DNA from: Trichosphaerium sp. ATCC 40318
Taxonomy: Eukaryota > Protista > Tubulinea
Length of the DNA stretch: 64,000 nucleotides
NCBI GenBank assembly: GCA_038496445.1
Contig: JALMLS010000310.1
Location: forward strand, 248,001 to 312,000
Direction of reading: 5' to 3'
Shown here in pieces: positions 24,146-38,200 of this stretch. The position numbers and the translations under genes are program-made. The stretch's first letter is position 1. The number at the start of each line of letters is the position of its first letter. The notes below the pieces were generated by a model that saw only the letters and a list, made by a program, of their open reading frames with translations, was not told the DNA's origin and ran no database searches.

Positions 24146-24382
24146 TTAAAACCACAAATCACAAGTATTTGTGATTTAATTTGTTAGACAATATGTACTT
24201 TGGTTACACATACTTGTTATTAAAAGTCAAAGGTTAGTTAAGGACAGGCAAAGTTATTGATTGTAAACGATAAGAGCTATCACGTAACTAGCCAAAATAC
24301 TTCTGCTTGCGTTGCACTATAAAAGAAATAAGTTGACCAGACAACAGAGTCGTTTTATCACAACGCTATCAGCCTTTCATTA

Positions 24383-26179
24383 ATGGCCAAGCAGTTTCTA
24401 ACCATCAACACTCCTTTGGATCTACCATGTGGCCAAACGCTACCAAATAGGATATTTAAAGCTTCAATGACCGAAACAATAGCGGATCCTGCTACAAACG
24501 CGCCTAACGACCAATTTATTACATTATACAGCAGATGGTCTAAAATTGGCGCTGGTAAGCTTAATAATACCCTAAATTGCACATTTTACGCCTTGGAACA
24601 TCATTGCAAGCAATACCGCTTCATTTGGCGCTTATTCACCAAAACCATTCTGGAAAAGTTGATTCCGCTTACTTTGCATCTCAGGCGTTGTTATCACTGG
24701 AAATATCATGGTCGACAGGCGTTATCTAGAAGCACCTCAAAATGTTGTAGTCGAAGGTATAAATCTTAGTCACTTCCTTGCCTTTACTCACTTACGACAA
24801 CAGATACACGTGACATGGAAATGTTAAAAAAATGGGCTTCTTGTCAAACAAAGACATCAAAGATTTGGCCACAGATTTCACACCCTGGAAGACAATCTCC
24901 TATGAGTGTTACAACATCACCTTTAGCTCCTTCTAATGTTGATCCTCCTAAGTTAAAATTGATGCCTTTATTCTGTCGACCACGCGAGATGTCTAAAGAT
25001 GAAATATTAGATGTCATTCAAAGATACGCAACAACAGCTGCTATTTTGAAGGATGCTGGATTTTCTGGTATTCAAATACATGGCGCACATGGATATCTTA
25101 TTAGTCAGTTCTTGTCCCTAAGACTAATAAGCGCACGGATGAATATGGAGGAACACCAGAGAAAAGAAGGTCAGATAAACTGTTTTTTTACTTGTACACG
25201 ACGCTGATTTTTCTATCTTAAGGTTTTTCCTTCTTAGCATATACAGACTTATAAGAAAGACTCTTGGAGATGATTTTCCTATATCTATTAAGCTTAATTC
25301 AACAGATTTTAGTAAAGGTGGTTTTGACGAAGCAGAATCAGCTGCGCTATTGAGTATCCTTCACAGTCTTTTTTCTCCCGTTTTTTGGTTTTTTTCTCAT
25401 TGCCCTTCACTAAAAGAAATGCTTCAAGAGGAAGGTGTCGATTTTATTGAGATATCAGGAGGTACATATGAATCACCAGCTATGATGGGAGTTGTAAAAA
25501 AGAGTACAAAGGAGAGAGAAGCTTATTTTCTGGAGTATTGCCAAACAGTGCGAAAGCACTTTCAAGGTCCTCTTGCTGTTACAGGTACACGTGTTTTCAC
25601 ATAGCTCCAAGTTTCACTTATTAACGTTTGATAGGTGGTTGGCAAACAGAAAAGGCAATGCAGATCGCTTTAAGGAGGGGTACAACTGATTTAATAGTAC
25701 GAGAATTCTGTTTTTATCACAAAAACAAAATCGCTAAGCAGTATTCACAAAACAGGGTATTGCTCGTCCATTTACTACCCATCCTGAGCGCGTAAGTCAG
25801 CTACTAAGAGGAGAGGATGTTCGGTTAGAAAGAATGAGCTTTGCGCAGTTATACTTAGTGGAGATTGTGGCCGGGATACATAATCTATGGCATCAACGTA
25901 TTGTTTTTCCACCTTTTTTTTCTTTGTTGAAACAACTTTTACACCACATTTGTTTTTTCGATTGCGTCACTCATTTCCTTCGTAGGTCAGATGCACAGAA
26001 TCTCAAATGGAAAAGAACCCGACTTAAACATGGGTGTAATATACTCATTAACAGTACAACTGGTTGTTACGTATATATGGAACCCTAGAAATACCACAAC
26101 CTCAGGTTGGATCAAACTTTTTTTTTCAGCCTTATTAGGGATCGTTTCAATAGCAGCTATCTTTCATTATCTTACTTAA
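24383..26179 (+). CDS. NADH:flavin oxidoreductase (Old Yellow Enzyme family) with hydrophobic C-terminal extension
   Basis: LPNRIFKASMTE, QISHPGRQ, AGFSGIQIHGAHGYLISQFLS(P)KTNKRTDEYGG, DFIEISGGTYE, GIARP. Needs one extra C at 25116-25118, a probable assembly error. Confidence 0.92.
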
Positions 26180-26330
26180 ACAAAGCCCTTTCTATGGATT
26201 TAAATTGGAATAAAATAAATTATTTTAAATATCACCCACGTGATTTAGCACGTAAAGAGGTAATCTTGATTCTCAGATATGGAGATTTTTTTTATTCATA
26301 ATTTTGGAATTCTCGAACAATCAAACACGC

Positions 26331-28398
26331 ATGTTAAAGGTCTTGTTCTTTTTTGTGTTTCTATGGTATGTACAAGGCCAATTAGGTACACCGCCGTTAC
26401 TGGATACGTACACAGATATGTCCAATGCCCGTGGAAGGTTATCAATGCCTATAGCTCAACAGACAAGGAATGTTAGTTCTGTAATCGGAGGAAGACGTGT
26501 GTTAACAGCAACACTTTCAAACAGCACAAATGAAGCTTTAACAGTCAGTTGCAATACTGTAGCTGGTTTCTTTGCTATAAGTACTGACGTCTCAACTTCC
26601 GGTTCTTGTGTAGTAACTTATGATGGAATTGACGGCAACGGGTTTGAACCAGTAAACTTTATAGAGAACGGATGTGGTACGAGGAAGAAATCCACCTTTA
26701 TATTTTTTTTTCCATTTTTTTTTATTTCATCTTGTTCTGACGTTTGGTTTTTTTAACCTCTTCTCAGATTGCTGGAATCTTCGTGTATTACAGACAGATA
26801 ATAACGTTGAGATATTCGTAAACGCTTCGAGTACTTTAACAGATGATGACTTGTATACTTCTGTTGTTCTTCCTGTCGATATTAATCCTCCTGGTATTGA
26901 TATTTGTATCCCTCTCGGAAGCGATATTCTTGCGTATCAGTCAATCGATAAAATAAGCGTCGGTCTCATTGGCCGTGTTTCAAATGTAGACGCTAATATC
27001 TTATTCTCATGCTGTCAACCTTCTGTTTCTTGTTGGTACGTCTGAGTTTGAGACATGTTTTTTTTTGTCGGAATGACGAAAGGTTCATCCTCTTTGACTT
27101 TTCTTTGTAGGCACACTATCACTGGTGTTGGCTCTGATTTAGACAATTTAGAAATGGGAGATCAGGTACAACTCACAGCCACATGCGAGAACTACGCTTC
27201 AATACCAGAAACTATCGAAGATATTCGTGTATACTTCCCATTCTCTGATTCTTATGGTATTCTCGAACCAGCTCAATTCAATTGCTCAAACACAGTACAA
27301 AACGTTCACTTTATTACCATGTTATTTACCATGCCTCTAGACTTTCAATGGCGGAGTTAATCAAGTTACAAATACTCTAGAGTTCAGAGCATCTTTAGCA
27401 GAAGGCGAATCAGCTTCATGTTCCGTTGTGGTAACTTTAATTGAATCTGGATTCATTGGCAACATTTCAGCCCAAGTCATTGTCCCAGATGCCGCTACTC
27501 CTTTATACTCTCATAAAGATGTTAATAGGTAAGCTTCGTAACTCTTACATTCTTGTACTAAACAACTACAGGCAAGGAAGACAAGAGTTTTGCTTACCGC
27601 CACAACCTTCTAGTCTGGTAGTTCAAATGCCTCCAACAACTCAATCACCAACCACAAGACCGCCTACAACGAGTCCACCTACTACAGCGCCACCGACCAC
27701 TCAACCTCCGACGACAGCACCACCTACTACTATGCCGCCTACCACTCAACCACCGACTACTACTCCGCCTACTACAGCGCCACCAACCACTCAACCACCA
27801 ACTACAGAACCGCCAACAACGCAACCACCAACCACTGAACCGCCTACCACATTGCCTCCAACTACGTTACCACCTACAACTCAACCACCAACTACGTTGC
27901 CTCCAACCACTGAGCCACCTACTACTACCCCTCCAACTACAGAACCACCTACGACAGAGCCTCCAACAACTCTTCCTCCAACAACGCTGCCTCCAACAAC
28001 TCTTCCTCCTACAACGCTACCACCAACAACACTACCACCTACAACACTTCCGCCTACGACTGTGCCACCTACTACACTACCACCTACAACTCTTCCACCA
28101 ACGACTACCTCTCCGTCAACGCCACCTCCAACAGAAGCTCCTACTGCCCCAGTATACGTTTGCATATCACCTCAAATAGTTAATGGCACTTGCGTGTACG
28201 TCATAAAATAGTAATCCTAATGAAACGTATACTCACAACAATTTACTCAGGTGTAATACATTCCCTTGTTTCACTTTACCTGGTACAGATGATATTAAAT
28301 GCGAAACAGATGAATGGTATTGTTCATTTATAACACGTGCACCAGAATCTAGATTCCGTGTTAGTTTTCGCGGACAAGAGTGCTATTGTACAGTTTAA
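26331..28398 (+). CDS. secreted mucin-like protein with Pro/Thr repeat stalk and small C-terminal Cys-rich domain
   Basis: Signal MLKVLFFFVFLWYVQG; globular Cys-containing N-terminal domains; 32 PPTTx units; spliced tail VCISPQIVNGTCVCNTFPCFTLPGTDDIKCETDECFRGQECYCTV*. Confidence 0.82.
27630..28109 (+). repeat. coding 15-bp tandem repeat, 32 x PPTTx
   Basis: Counted from the translation; synonymous codons differ between units. Confidence 0.95.
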
Positions 28399-29099
28399 AG
28401 CAATCGCTCCAAAAACAAAAAACACAAGTGTAAGTAGAATCAATAACTAAATAAAATGAAAATGAATTTGCCAATCACTTATCATTGGCAAGTAATGGCT
28501 ACACTCTGTGAAAGACAGACTCACGCATCTGCAAGCGCTACTGTTTGTACTCATAGTATTGGTCTAACGCCACATTGGCAATGAACAATGTTCAAGGGAA
28601 GTCTTGACTACGAGGTTTTTTCGCTCAAGATTGCGACTCGCATTATACACGTTCATATCTTACCAACGAATACTACTGGTATGTTGAAGCAAAAATGTGG
28701 TTTTGTGCTGTATGAGACAAAGCAATACACATTGTAGTTGGCAAAATAACGACATACCAAACAAACAACATCACTTCTGCTAAACCGCTTTGCAGCAGCT
28801 ATAACATACTCTATGCATGGACCTGATATCGTTTGGTGCCGCTTGAGACAGCCGCTTCGCTCGTGTAAGCGCTAGTACGTACGACGTAATAAATTTGTTG
28901 CTTTCACGCCAAACGCAGTAGTTGTAGCTTCATTACAATACCGCAGTAAGCAAAAGCACAAATCATACGCCATTTGGTGCTGCTGTCTTAGGCAAAAGGA
29001 TTAAAGTGCTGGAGGAACGTATGCACGTTGAAATTAATCTTTTTCATTGTTTTTATTACAAAAGTATTGATGTTTTTTTCTTAAAACAAACATCAAATA

Positions 29100-29172
29100 G
29101 CCAATGTAGCTCAGTCGGTAGAGCGTTAGCCTTTTAAGCTAATGGTCGCGGGTTCGAGCCCCGTCATTGGCT
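29100..29172 (+). tRNA. tRNA-Lys (anticodon TTT), intronless
   Basis: Acceptor GCCAATG/CATTGGC; D-arm GCTC-AGTCGGTA-GAGC; anticodon arm TTAGC-CTTTTAA-GCTAA; T-arm GCGGG-TTCGAGC-CCCGT; T5 Pol III terminator just downstream. Confidence 0.97.
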
Positions 29173-29879
29173 AGTTTTTGCAACCATTAACTAAACAGGT
29201 TTTTGCTCTTCCGTCTGATCGTATTGCCATGTTGTGCTTTTTGCACGCTCTCTGTATGCATTTTTGAACTGTCAACTACACTGCACGCCTTATTAATCAA
29301 CAAAGGCTCTAATAAATAACCTCTACATCAAATTGTCGTTGAAATGGGTTGTCTGATTCGATTTTGGGCATCTCTTTTTGCTCTTTTCCCAATCTAGGCC
29401 TGCAACAACATTCTCAACGTCTTACTCCAATTTTATACTGTTCATCAGTGTTGCTACAATCACCGTAATGGCTGATTGGGACAGAAAGAGCCAAATAAGT
29501 ATACAAGGCATGGTCTCTTGCAAAATTGGCAGCTTGAGATGCCATTGCCTACATCTTCCAGAGGCCAGCAACTTATTCACTAAATTGGAAGTTTTGTTTT
29601 CTTATGTGCCTATTGTCTGTTTCTATTTTTTCCTAGTAAATGCCATATTACTATCTTAGAAAAAAACACACTTTTGATTATTCAAAGGCAGATACAAGTT
29701 AAAACAATAAACACCAGTTAAGAAAATAAACAACTACGGTTAACATAGTATTTTTATGTACAAAGTAAGTTCAATGGCCTCCCTTTGGGGGTTTTGTAAT
29801 TACAACAAGAAGTTAAAAAGCAACTGGAGCAAGCAGGCTTGTTCTTTTACAACAAAAAAAAAAAGACAAGAAAATACTA

Positions 29880-32764
29880 CTATTGTAAAGAATCACCAAA
29901 CTCTAACCAATCATCCACATTGGATCCAAAATCCACCAAGGGATCTTGAATGTTAAAAGAAGTATCTAATCCCAAATCAAAGTCTATATCTCCTGAAGGA
30001 GATGACGTAGACTACAAATTAATAAGTCAGTAGCTGCAGCTGGCTAAAAGCCCAAAAAAACAAAACAAAACATCATTACTTGAGAAGTGTCAAACATCAC
30101 ACATAGACGAACTGGTTGTGTAGATGTAAAGATACTTTCCAAATATTTTGCTTAACATGAGCGTACCTGTGTTGAAGGGCTTGGTGGTTGACAACAAGCA
30201 ATGTCCGATAATGATGCTGAATTTGATATCTGATCAGATTGCGATTTTTCTTCTTCGATTGAACTAACTGCAGCAACAAAGCACCTATCTCTTGCTTTAT
30301 CCCAATCTTCCATTGTTGGTGCTATTTTTGATGGTTGTGGAGCTTGTGTAAGATCCTCTGCAGGTAACAAACCTGCTGATCGGACCATCTTGTAGTAAGG
30401 TAAGAATAAATCAATAACTTTGAGAGATGAAGTGTACATACACTAACAGCAACTTTACAAATCGGCCAATATTTTCCTACTTCATCCATAATTGCAACAT
30501 CTTTGCTTGCCATGTCAAATTCTCCCACAGCAGCGTGTACCTGTATTTTTCTGTAAGTAAACTAATTTCAATAGGAAGGCAAGGGCGGGTAAATAGCGTA
30601 GTACAAAACTAAAAGAAAATTTCTTTCAGAAATTTTGGTCATGCTTAGCAGCTTGAAGTAAGCTGTAAAAGCCACTTGTACTACTGACTGGTTGATAAAA
30701 TTACTGTAGTAAATTACAAAACTTGGATTGACATGATAGAGGACAAGGTAAAGCAAAGTTGCGACAAGTATTTTCGATTTCTTACAAATAGAAACGTTTG
30801 CAATGTTTCGAAAAAAAGACGTGCCTCAAGCGCATTCTTTAGTGCGAAGCAAGTGAAAGGAGTATGTTGTGTTATAGGTCTCTCTGCTAGCGTTGAAGTA
30901 ACTAGAGAAGCGCTCTAAGTGAAAGCAATGTAAGCCAAGGCAATGTTGTATTAAGTACAGTAAGAATAACTGCTGTGACGTACTTTTTTGGCTATCTCAG
31001 GATTACCTATGGCCAAATACAACTTTGCTCGTGCACATTCCATTAAAGGTGATATACGAGATCCACTAGATACAGCGAAAGTCTCAGAATGTAATCGTTC
31101 AGCGTGCATTAATGATCTCTTTATTCGAAAAAGTTAGTTTTGTTCTGGCTCAACAAAAAACGTACGAAACAATCATTTGTTGCACTCTCGCTTCTAAATT
31201 TACCTTGACTCAAAGCAAAGTCTACCTAAACACCATTTATATCAGTAAAAACGATGAAAAGAGTAAAAAACTAATGGAACAATGGGTACCTCTAATATAC
31301 AACGAAGAATGTGAGCAAAGAATAATTGATTCTTTGTATTTAAACTCATTCCATCTCCATCTTTGTTTATATCTTCTGCAAGATCTTGTATTATATTCAA
31401 CCTTGTATCATAATCAAGAGACTTCGTTTCCGAACGATATAATTCTATAAAAAACAACTCGATTAGCTAAGCGGTAGACATAATTCCGGGCAAAACTTTG
31501 TCCGGCCAAAATACAATTTACTAAAATAACAAGAAATCCAAAAGTGGACAAAAGAATTTTCGCACGTGACTTTTTTTTTTCTATCACTGAAAGGAATAGC
31601 AAAGTATTGTTATGGAAGAAATATAGAAAACATACTTGTAGTTCTTATAATCGCTGTCTGTTGAGTTGTTAATCGCTTATTTCCTTGCATAGTATGCAAG
31701 TATTGTATCATTGTATTAGCCAAAGAAATGTAGTACATAGCTTTATAAAAGTCTCCCTCACCAAATAGATGGTAAGCCATTAATAAGTATCCACCTAACG
31801 TATTTTTGTTAGTATTGTTACGGTGCATCACACTAATCCTAGAAAAAGAAATACCAACAATCCACCAAACACGCCGAAATTTTTCTCCTTTTTAGGATTT
31901 CTTTCTTTCAGTTCTCGCTAAATTCTGAGACGTACTTGCTACATCAAAGCTTGGTTTATCATATAAATCTCTACCCATTTCAAGTGCTTCTTTATGGAAT
32001 ATTGCAGAAACCTTCAAGTCGCCCATAGCCATTGCTCCAATAGATAAAACAGAAAATATATTAAAATTAGCACCAGTCCTCTCTCTACGCCACAACGACT
32101 CTATATCTATACTTGGTATCTCAACAAAAGTAGTAAAACCGGGTGTTTGTTTGTAGCAATTTACAAATCCGAATAATGCCGAAGTATTAGTCTACAACAA
32201 GCGTGTTAGCGTCTTATTAGTCCATCAGTGATTTCATGAGAGTTGATGAGTTTGAAAAAAACGAAAATGCGCACCAAATGAGAATTAGCTCCACGAATTG
32301 AAGGCGCCATAACGTCTAGTTGCGATTGTGCGAAAGCACGTTCTTGTAGTTGACCAAGTTGTTGCTTACAACGGTCGTGTTCAGCTTGCTCAACGCTCAA
32401 ACGCGCTTCCAGCTCTCGAATACGCTCTTGTAGTACTTTGCGTGCTCCTAATCCAAATTAGTATTTAGTATTGAATTATACAGTAACAGCAACTCGGGCA
32501 AACTGTGGTGTGCACAAGGGACCAAAATGGGCGTAATATTTTGTCCGCAATTTTTACAAAAGCATTTAACGTCAGTATCATACCCTTTGGAGGTCCACGC
32601 TTCTTAGGAGCTAGGTAAACGCATTCTGCGCCGGTTCTCTGACAATAAGCACAGGGATTACCACCATCACACTTCTCGTGCTTTTTACGGCATGTAGCGC
32701 AAGCCCGGGTTACAGGCTTTGTTAATTTTCGCTTTTTTGTCGGTTTTGAACTCTGTACGTACAT
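29880..32764 (-). CDS. Zn(II)2Cys6 (Gal4-type) transcription factor
   Basis: RACATCRKKHEKCDGGNPCAYCQRTGAECVY-KKRGP, a coiled coil (LQERIRELEARL), a helical middle region and an acidic C-terminus (DIDFDLGLD...DDWLEFGDSLQ*). Confidence 0.9.
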
Positions 32765-32963
32765 TACCCCAAAGTTTTTAATGGGCAATGTGCTGTTGCT
32801 GTTGTTATCGAACCAGTAAGTTCAGTTTTTGTTTTAAATTGGAGAAGAAGCCAGAAAATTGAAGAAATTTGTACAACGACCCAACTTTTTTTTTATTCAA
32901 TTCACGTGATACATACAATGCAGCACCCTTCTTATTCCTCTTGAAAGGTAAGGCATTGAGCTT

Positions 32964-35125
32964 TTAAAATTTCGCTTGACGTCTGTTTGGTCTCCAATTA
33001 ACTGGATGAGTTTCCTCTGTTGCTGAGGTGTCTTCTTTCCATATCTTAACTGTTTTATCAGCTTCAGCAGTAACCAAGCGTGTACCGGTTATATCTAAAC
33101 AAAACCGTTAGCATAAATGTTTTTACGAAGAAGAAAAAAAAATTTGAACTGTCACAATTTTAGTGACATCTATTTCTCTATTTAGTTATTGACTTACCGA
33201 ACTTGGCAGCGAAAATACCGGCTTCAGACTCAAGAGAACCTGGTTGTACAATAGTCTCTTGCTTTTGGAAATTATAACCGGATTTATAGTCCCAGAAGTG
33301 TAGTGTTCCATCATCACCTCCAGAAACCAATACATTATCGTGATTAACATCAACAGTATTAATAATAGCCTAAAAATACGAGCGTCAGATTAGAAAGTAT
33401 CAAACAACTTCCAAAAAGAAATGAAAAAAAAAACTCTAAACGCACCTTATGACCAGGCAAATTATTCATAAAGTGACCTTCTGGAAGCTTCCATTTTTTG
33501 ATATTATCAGCAGCAGCGCTCACAAAAGTATTTTCTTCAGGATGAAGTACAAGAGATCGAATAGACTTTTTGTGATTAGTCAAAGATACCATACACTTTC
33601 CAGCTGCTAAATCCCATAATTTTACAAACCTGTCACCGGAACCAGTAATCACTTGAGGATCTAAAGCGCAAAGTTTGTCAACAAAAGTACACAAACAGCA
33701 AAAAAAAAGATTCAAAAAAGCAGATCTTCGGCTTGTTTTTGAAAAATCTTGGCTAACACGTACCAGTAGCTTGTGTTCCTATGGAAAATACGGTTCCCTT
33801 GTGACCTGTAAGACAGAATACCTGTTGCTTTGTTCTGATATCCCAAACCTTTAGACAGAAAGTTAGCGAAAAAAGAACAGAAACATTTAATATCAAATCT
33901 TTTTTGTTCAGCAACCAATGCTTTTTCTTACCCTTGCGGTGGAATCACGACCTCCTGTTACAAGAACAGATATTGTTGGATGTAGTGCGAGACTGTAAAC
34001 GGCAGACAAATGGCCATGGTAGTGTCTAATGACCTTATTGTACTCTAAATCCCAACACTTTACCATCTTATCTTCACCAGCTGAAAACAAGTATGGCGAC
34101 TCCTTAGACACAGCCAAACCTCTAAAGAAAAAAAAATAAGCGTTTCGTTTCATGTAAAACTCAAAATAACAAAATCAAAAAGCTTTTCACTCACCTGACT
34201 GTACTGATATGACCTGTGAGCGTAATCTTAAGGTCTCCTGTTGCTGTATCCCATAATTTGATTGTTCTATCGGCAGAACCAGTACAAAACCATTCATTTG
34301 CAGGCTCAAAGCAAATAGATCTAACCCATCCTTGATGTCCTGAAATGACACGGAACATCTTCCATGGTGCGTGCCATTTTGGCTTGATAAATCGCGTAGG
34401 CTGTCTGCGAAGTGTACCAGGAGCGTTGAGTCTACAAAAAAAAAATAGTGTCAATTGGAGCTGTTTATGTTCCAGTGATTGAAAGGTAAAAGGTTGTACG
34501 TTTTAAACGGGTGAGTGTTCATTTGAGTCGTTTGTTTTAAAAAACGTGTTATTTTAGAAAAAGCGTTGCAAAATCGCTTGGAAAGGAGGTATTTGATGAT
34601 TTTACGTAAAATAGGTATAAAAAAAAGCATTGCAGAATCGTACTTTGCTAGAGTCGCTTGTTTGTTCCTGTATTCTACGATCGCGCCTGCAACTGGCTCT
34701 TGAGCTCTATTCCGTCGTTTAGTCCAAAAATTAAATAAAAATTGATTAATCAAAGCGTACTTTTTAGCCTTGGTATGAGCGATAGACTCAACAATTTTAC
34801 GATATTTAGGGTCGTCTTCGACAATTGGCATCTCTTCATCTTGTGCTTTTGTTTCAACTCGCTTACGCTTTTTTTTTGGGCGTCCGTTAGTGCCAGCAGG
34901 CTTTCTTTTAGCCTTGCGAGGCTGTACTGGCGGTTTCATGTCTTTAACGTGATTATATTCTGCCAGTATCTTAGCTGATAGCTTGAGCTTCCTTGTAGCG
35001 GCGAAATCCTCCGCATAAGGTTTATTATCGATAAATAGTTCTCTTGTGCGTTTTATTGATATCCTCGTTTGTAGTAGTATAGGATCAACGCTCGAAGACC
35101 GCCTGGAGCGAGTTTTGGAGCTCAT
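32964..35125 (-). CDS. PLRG1: pleiotropic regulator 1 / Prp46 (NTC spliceosome WD40 protein)
   Basis: [81 protein letters not shown]. Confidence 0.97.
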
Positions 35126-35204
35126 GAAGCGCTGGTTGTGAAAAGCAAAAAATGGCTTATCAACTTTTAAGCAGAAGTGATTTTCATGCTGTTTTCTCTT
35201 CACC
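35126..35204. promoter_or_regulatory. 79-bp bidirectional promoter between PLRG1 and UTP21
   Basis: Divergent ATGs at 35125 (-) and 35205 (+). Confidence 0.7.
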
Positions 35205-38200
35205 ATGGCATCACAAATATTCTCACCATATCGTATTGTTGGTGTATACAGTTCAGATGTGCCATTTTCTCTATCGCATTGGGACACTAAGCAAACAAAG
35301 CGGGCTAACACTACTAGCCTTGTAATCCCTATTGGAAGAACGTATCAGCGTTTAGGGGTACGTACAAACGCTGTAACGCCAACTATGAAATTATTTGTTT
35401 CATGGCTGTTTCCTAACTTCTTTTTCGCCTTCTTTAACCTAATAAATGCGTAGGACAAATTACAGCTACTACAAATTGGTAAAACAGTAAAACTCAGCGT
35501 TTTTATTGACATTTGAGTAGGTCAAGTACATCCAAAGCGCGTGCGCGCCATAGTGCAGGAAGGAACGAAGAATTATGTAGCTTCTGGCAATACAATTTAC
35601 GTCTGGCAAGCATCACAACCAGTACGCGTCAATACGTATATTCTGCATATCTAGGCGATATAAAACACTATTTATTGCTTTTCTGAAACATCTATCCTAC
35701 GTTTATTACGTGTTACGTAACGCGTCGGAAGCCTTAACCGTGCTATGTAGGTAACAGCACTGACAGGTCATGCTGACAAGGTTACTTTTTTACTTTTGAT
35801 TGGAAAAGATTGTATGATATCGTATGGCAGAGATCATACTATCATTGTATGGTAAGTTACTCATCTTATTTGTCTTGAACTTTGTATTGAGCACGATAAC
35901 ATTGTATCCGCGTATTGCATATTTCTCTCACTTACTAAGTGTGTATTTGACAGGCGTTTGGATGAAATGAAAATGCATCATAAAATCCAATTAAGAAGAG
36001 ATATTAACGTTAATTGTATTCTACATCCAAGAACTTATTTGAACAAAATTTTGGTTGGTACACAAGGAGGTGTATTACAGTTATGGAATATAAACAAAAA
36101 AAAATTACTTTACACGTGCGTGCTATGATATGTGCTTTTCAAAACAAAGAAAAAAATGAGACTTAAAAATCCACTCGAAACTGAGTTTCCGTTTTTTGGA
36201 CCCTTATTGGACGACTTTGGTTACTTACCCTATTTTAGTTTTGATGGATGGGATAGCTCTGTTGAATGTATTGAGAATTCACCAGTTTTGGATGTTGTAG
36301 CTATTGGATTGGCTAATGGCAAAATAATCTTACATAACATAAAACTTGACGAAACACTTTTTACACTATCCCACACATCTGCAATAACTGGCCTTGCATT
36401 CGATCCTTGTACGTTTTATATCGTATATTCTATACTCAGCATTATGATACTAACACCTAAGCAGTTAGGGATGGCGTACTTGTCAGCAGTAGTGAAAACG
36501 GAGAAATGGCTGTTTGGGATTTGAAGAAACAACGTCTTCATCATAAAATCAATGCACACAAAGGACCAGTTATAAAAATAGCGTTTTATAAGTACCGTCA
36601 ACAGCTCATATCAATGGGAGATAACTCTATAAAAATATGGACGTTTGATGGCATGGATAGTAAACCAAACCTGAGAATATCTCGTTATGGACATACACAG
36701 CCTGTAAAGTTTGTAAGATGGTGGGATGAGCGAATATTGCTGTCTACAGGTTATGATAAGGCTGTCATGTTCTCTGATGTTCAAATTGGTAACTCTGTTG
36801 GAGTCAAACAAGTACGCCTGGTGATTTTTTTGTTCAACTGCAACAAAATCTGCAAGTTGACAACTTTTTTCTATTTGTGCAAGTCTCTAACTGATTTTTT
36901 AGAAGCAAAAAGGTGCTAGTGAGGTTGTAGATTTGGATTTCTGTACTGTAAAGAGTAGACAATGGGACGCTCTATTGACTTGTCATCAACGCGCAGACCA
37001 CGGTGCAATGACATGGCGGTATGTTTTCTGACTTTATTTGAGCGTTTTTTGCGCGTATTTGTGTTCCACTGATTAAATGTTTGTTTTAGTGTTACAACTG
37101 AGGGTCAGGGTACTGTAGGAAAGCATGCTTTCGGATTACCTGGACGTGCACGTGTTACTGCAGTTTGTGTCTCAGCATGTGGTAACTACGGTGTACTTGG
37201 CGGTTCAAATGGAATGGTTGCTAAACATAATATGCAATCCGGTATGCACTTTCATCTTGTTGACTTGACGGCGTACTGACTTTCATACAGGTAGAAAAAT
37301 ACAGATGTTTCCTACACCGAAAGATCAAGCAGAAGGTATGCAGTCACAATAATATGAGTTTACTCTTTTGACCTCATTATGCTTTTAGATGCTCATCAAG
37401 TTGAAATTGTTAGTATTGTGCTCTGTTCTTTGAACAAAACTCTTATTACAGCTGACACTGATGGTTACGTTAAGGTTCGTTCATTTCTCCTCTTATCACT
37501 TTTCACTCCTCTCTGGAGAAGTACTGCTCAGTGTTTTCGACTAATGCTTGTTTCTTTGTGTTTAGTTTTGGGACTTTTATACTGGCACATTAATTGAGTC
37601 CCGAAGGATACTTAAATTAGCTGTTTTCACAATGAAGTTACAGCGTGATTCTTCACTTCTTGCTGTTGTTGGAGATAACAGAGTTATACATATTATTGAT
37701 ATCGAGACAAAGAGAACAGTGAGGATTTTTAAAGGTCATTCTTCTCCAATCACTTGTATTGTACGGCTCTATCTTTTTCGATTTCAAAAGGCATTTATGT
37801 TGACTGTTATCCAGGCTTTCAGCACAGATAGTAAGTGGTTAGTTAGTGCGGGCGATGATGGTACTATTCGTGTTTGGGATCTCCCAACAGGTCGGTGTAT
37901 TGATTGGTGGGGTGTACGTTTCTATTTTTTTTATTGCCTGTTTTTTGGTTCTTGCTGATTTTGTCTTGTTAGGTTAAAGACGAAGTTGTTGCAATAGATT
38001 TCTCACCACGCGGTGATTTTATAGCTACTGCGCATGCTGGCAGAAAAGGATTGTACATGTGGTATGTTAAGAACCAGAAACAAATTGTTTTGTTTAAAGT
38101 TAGTATCACAGTTGTAGTAATTAACATACTTTTTAGGGTTAATAAATGCTTCTTCAGCAAAGTTTTCTTCAAGCCTATACCTAAAGAACTGGATGATATT

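Noticed and set aside
27881-28165. Minus-strand VVGG-repeat ORF
   Set aside because: Antisense shadow of the PPTTx coding repeat.
28500-29000. Possible small minus-strand gene or ncRNA upstream of the tRNA
   Set aside because: Splice-like signals are present but no coherent ORF, TIR/TSD or RNA motif could be established.
29172-29172. U73 discriminator in tRNA-Lys
   Set aside because: U73 occurs in some eukaryotic tRNA-Lys (e.g. yeast); not anomalous.
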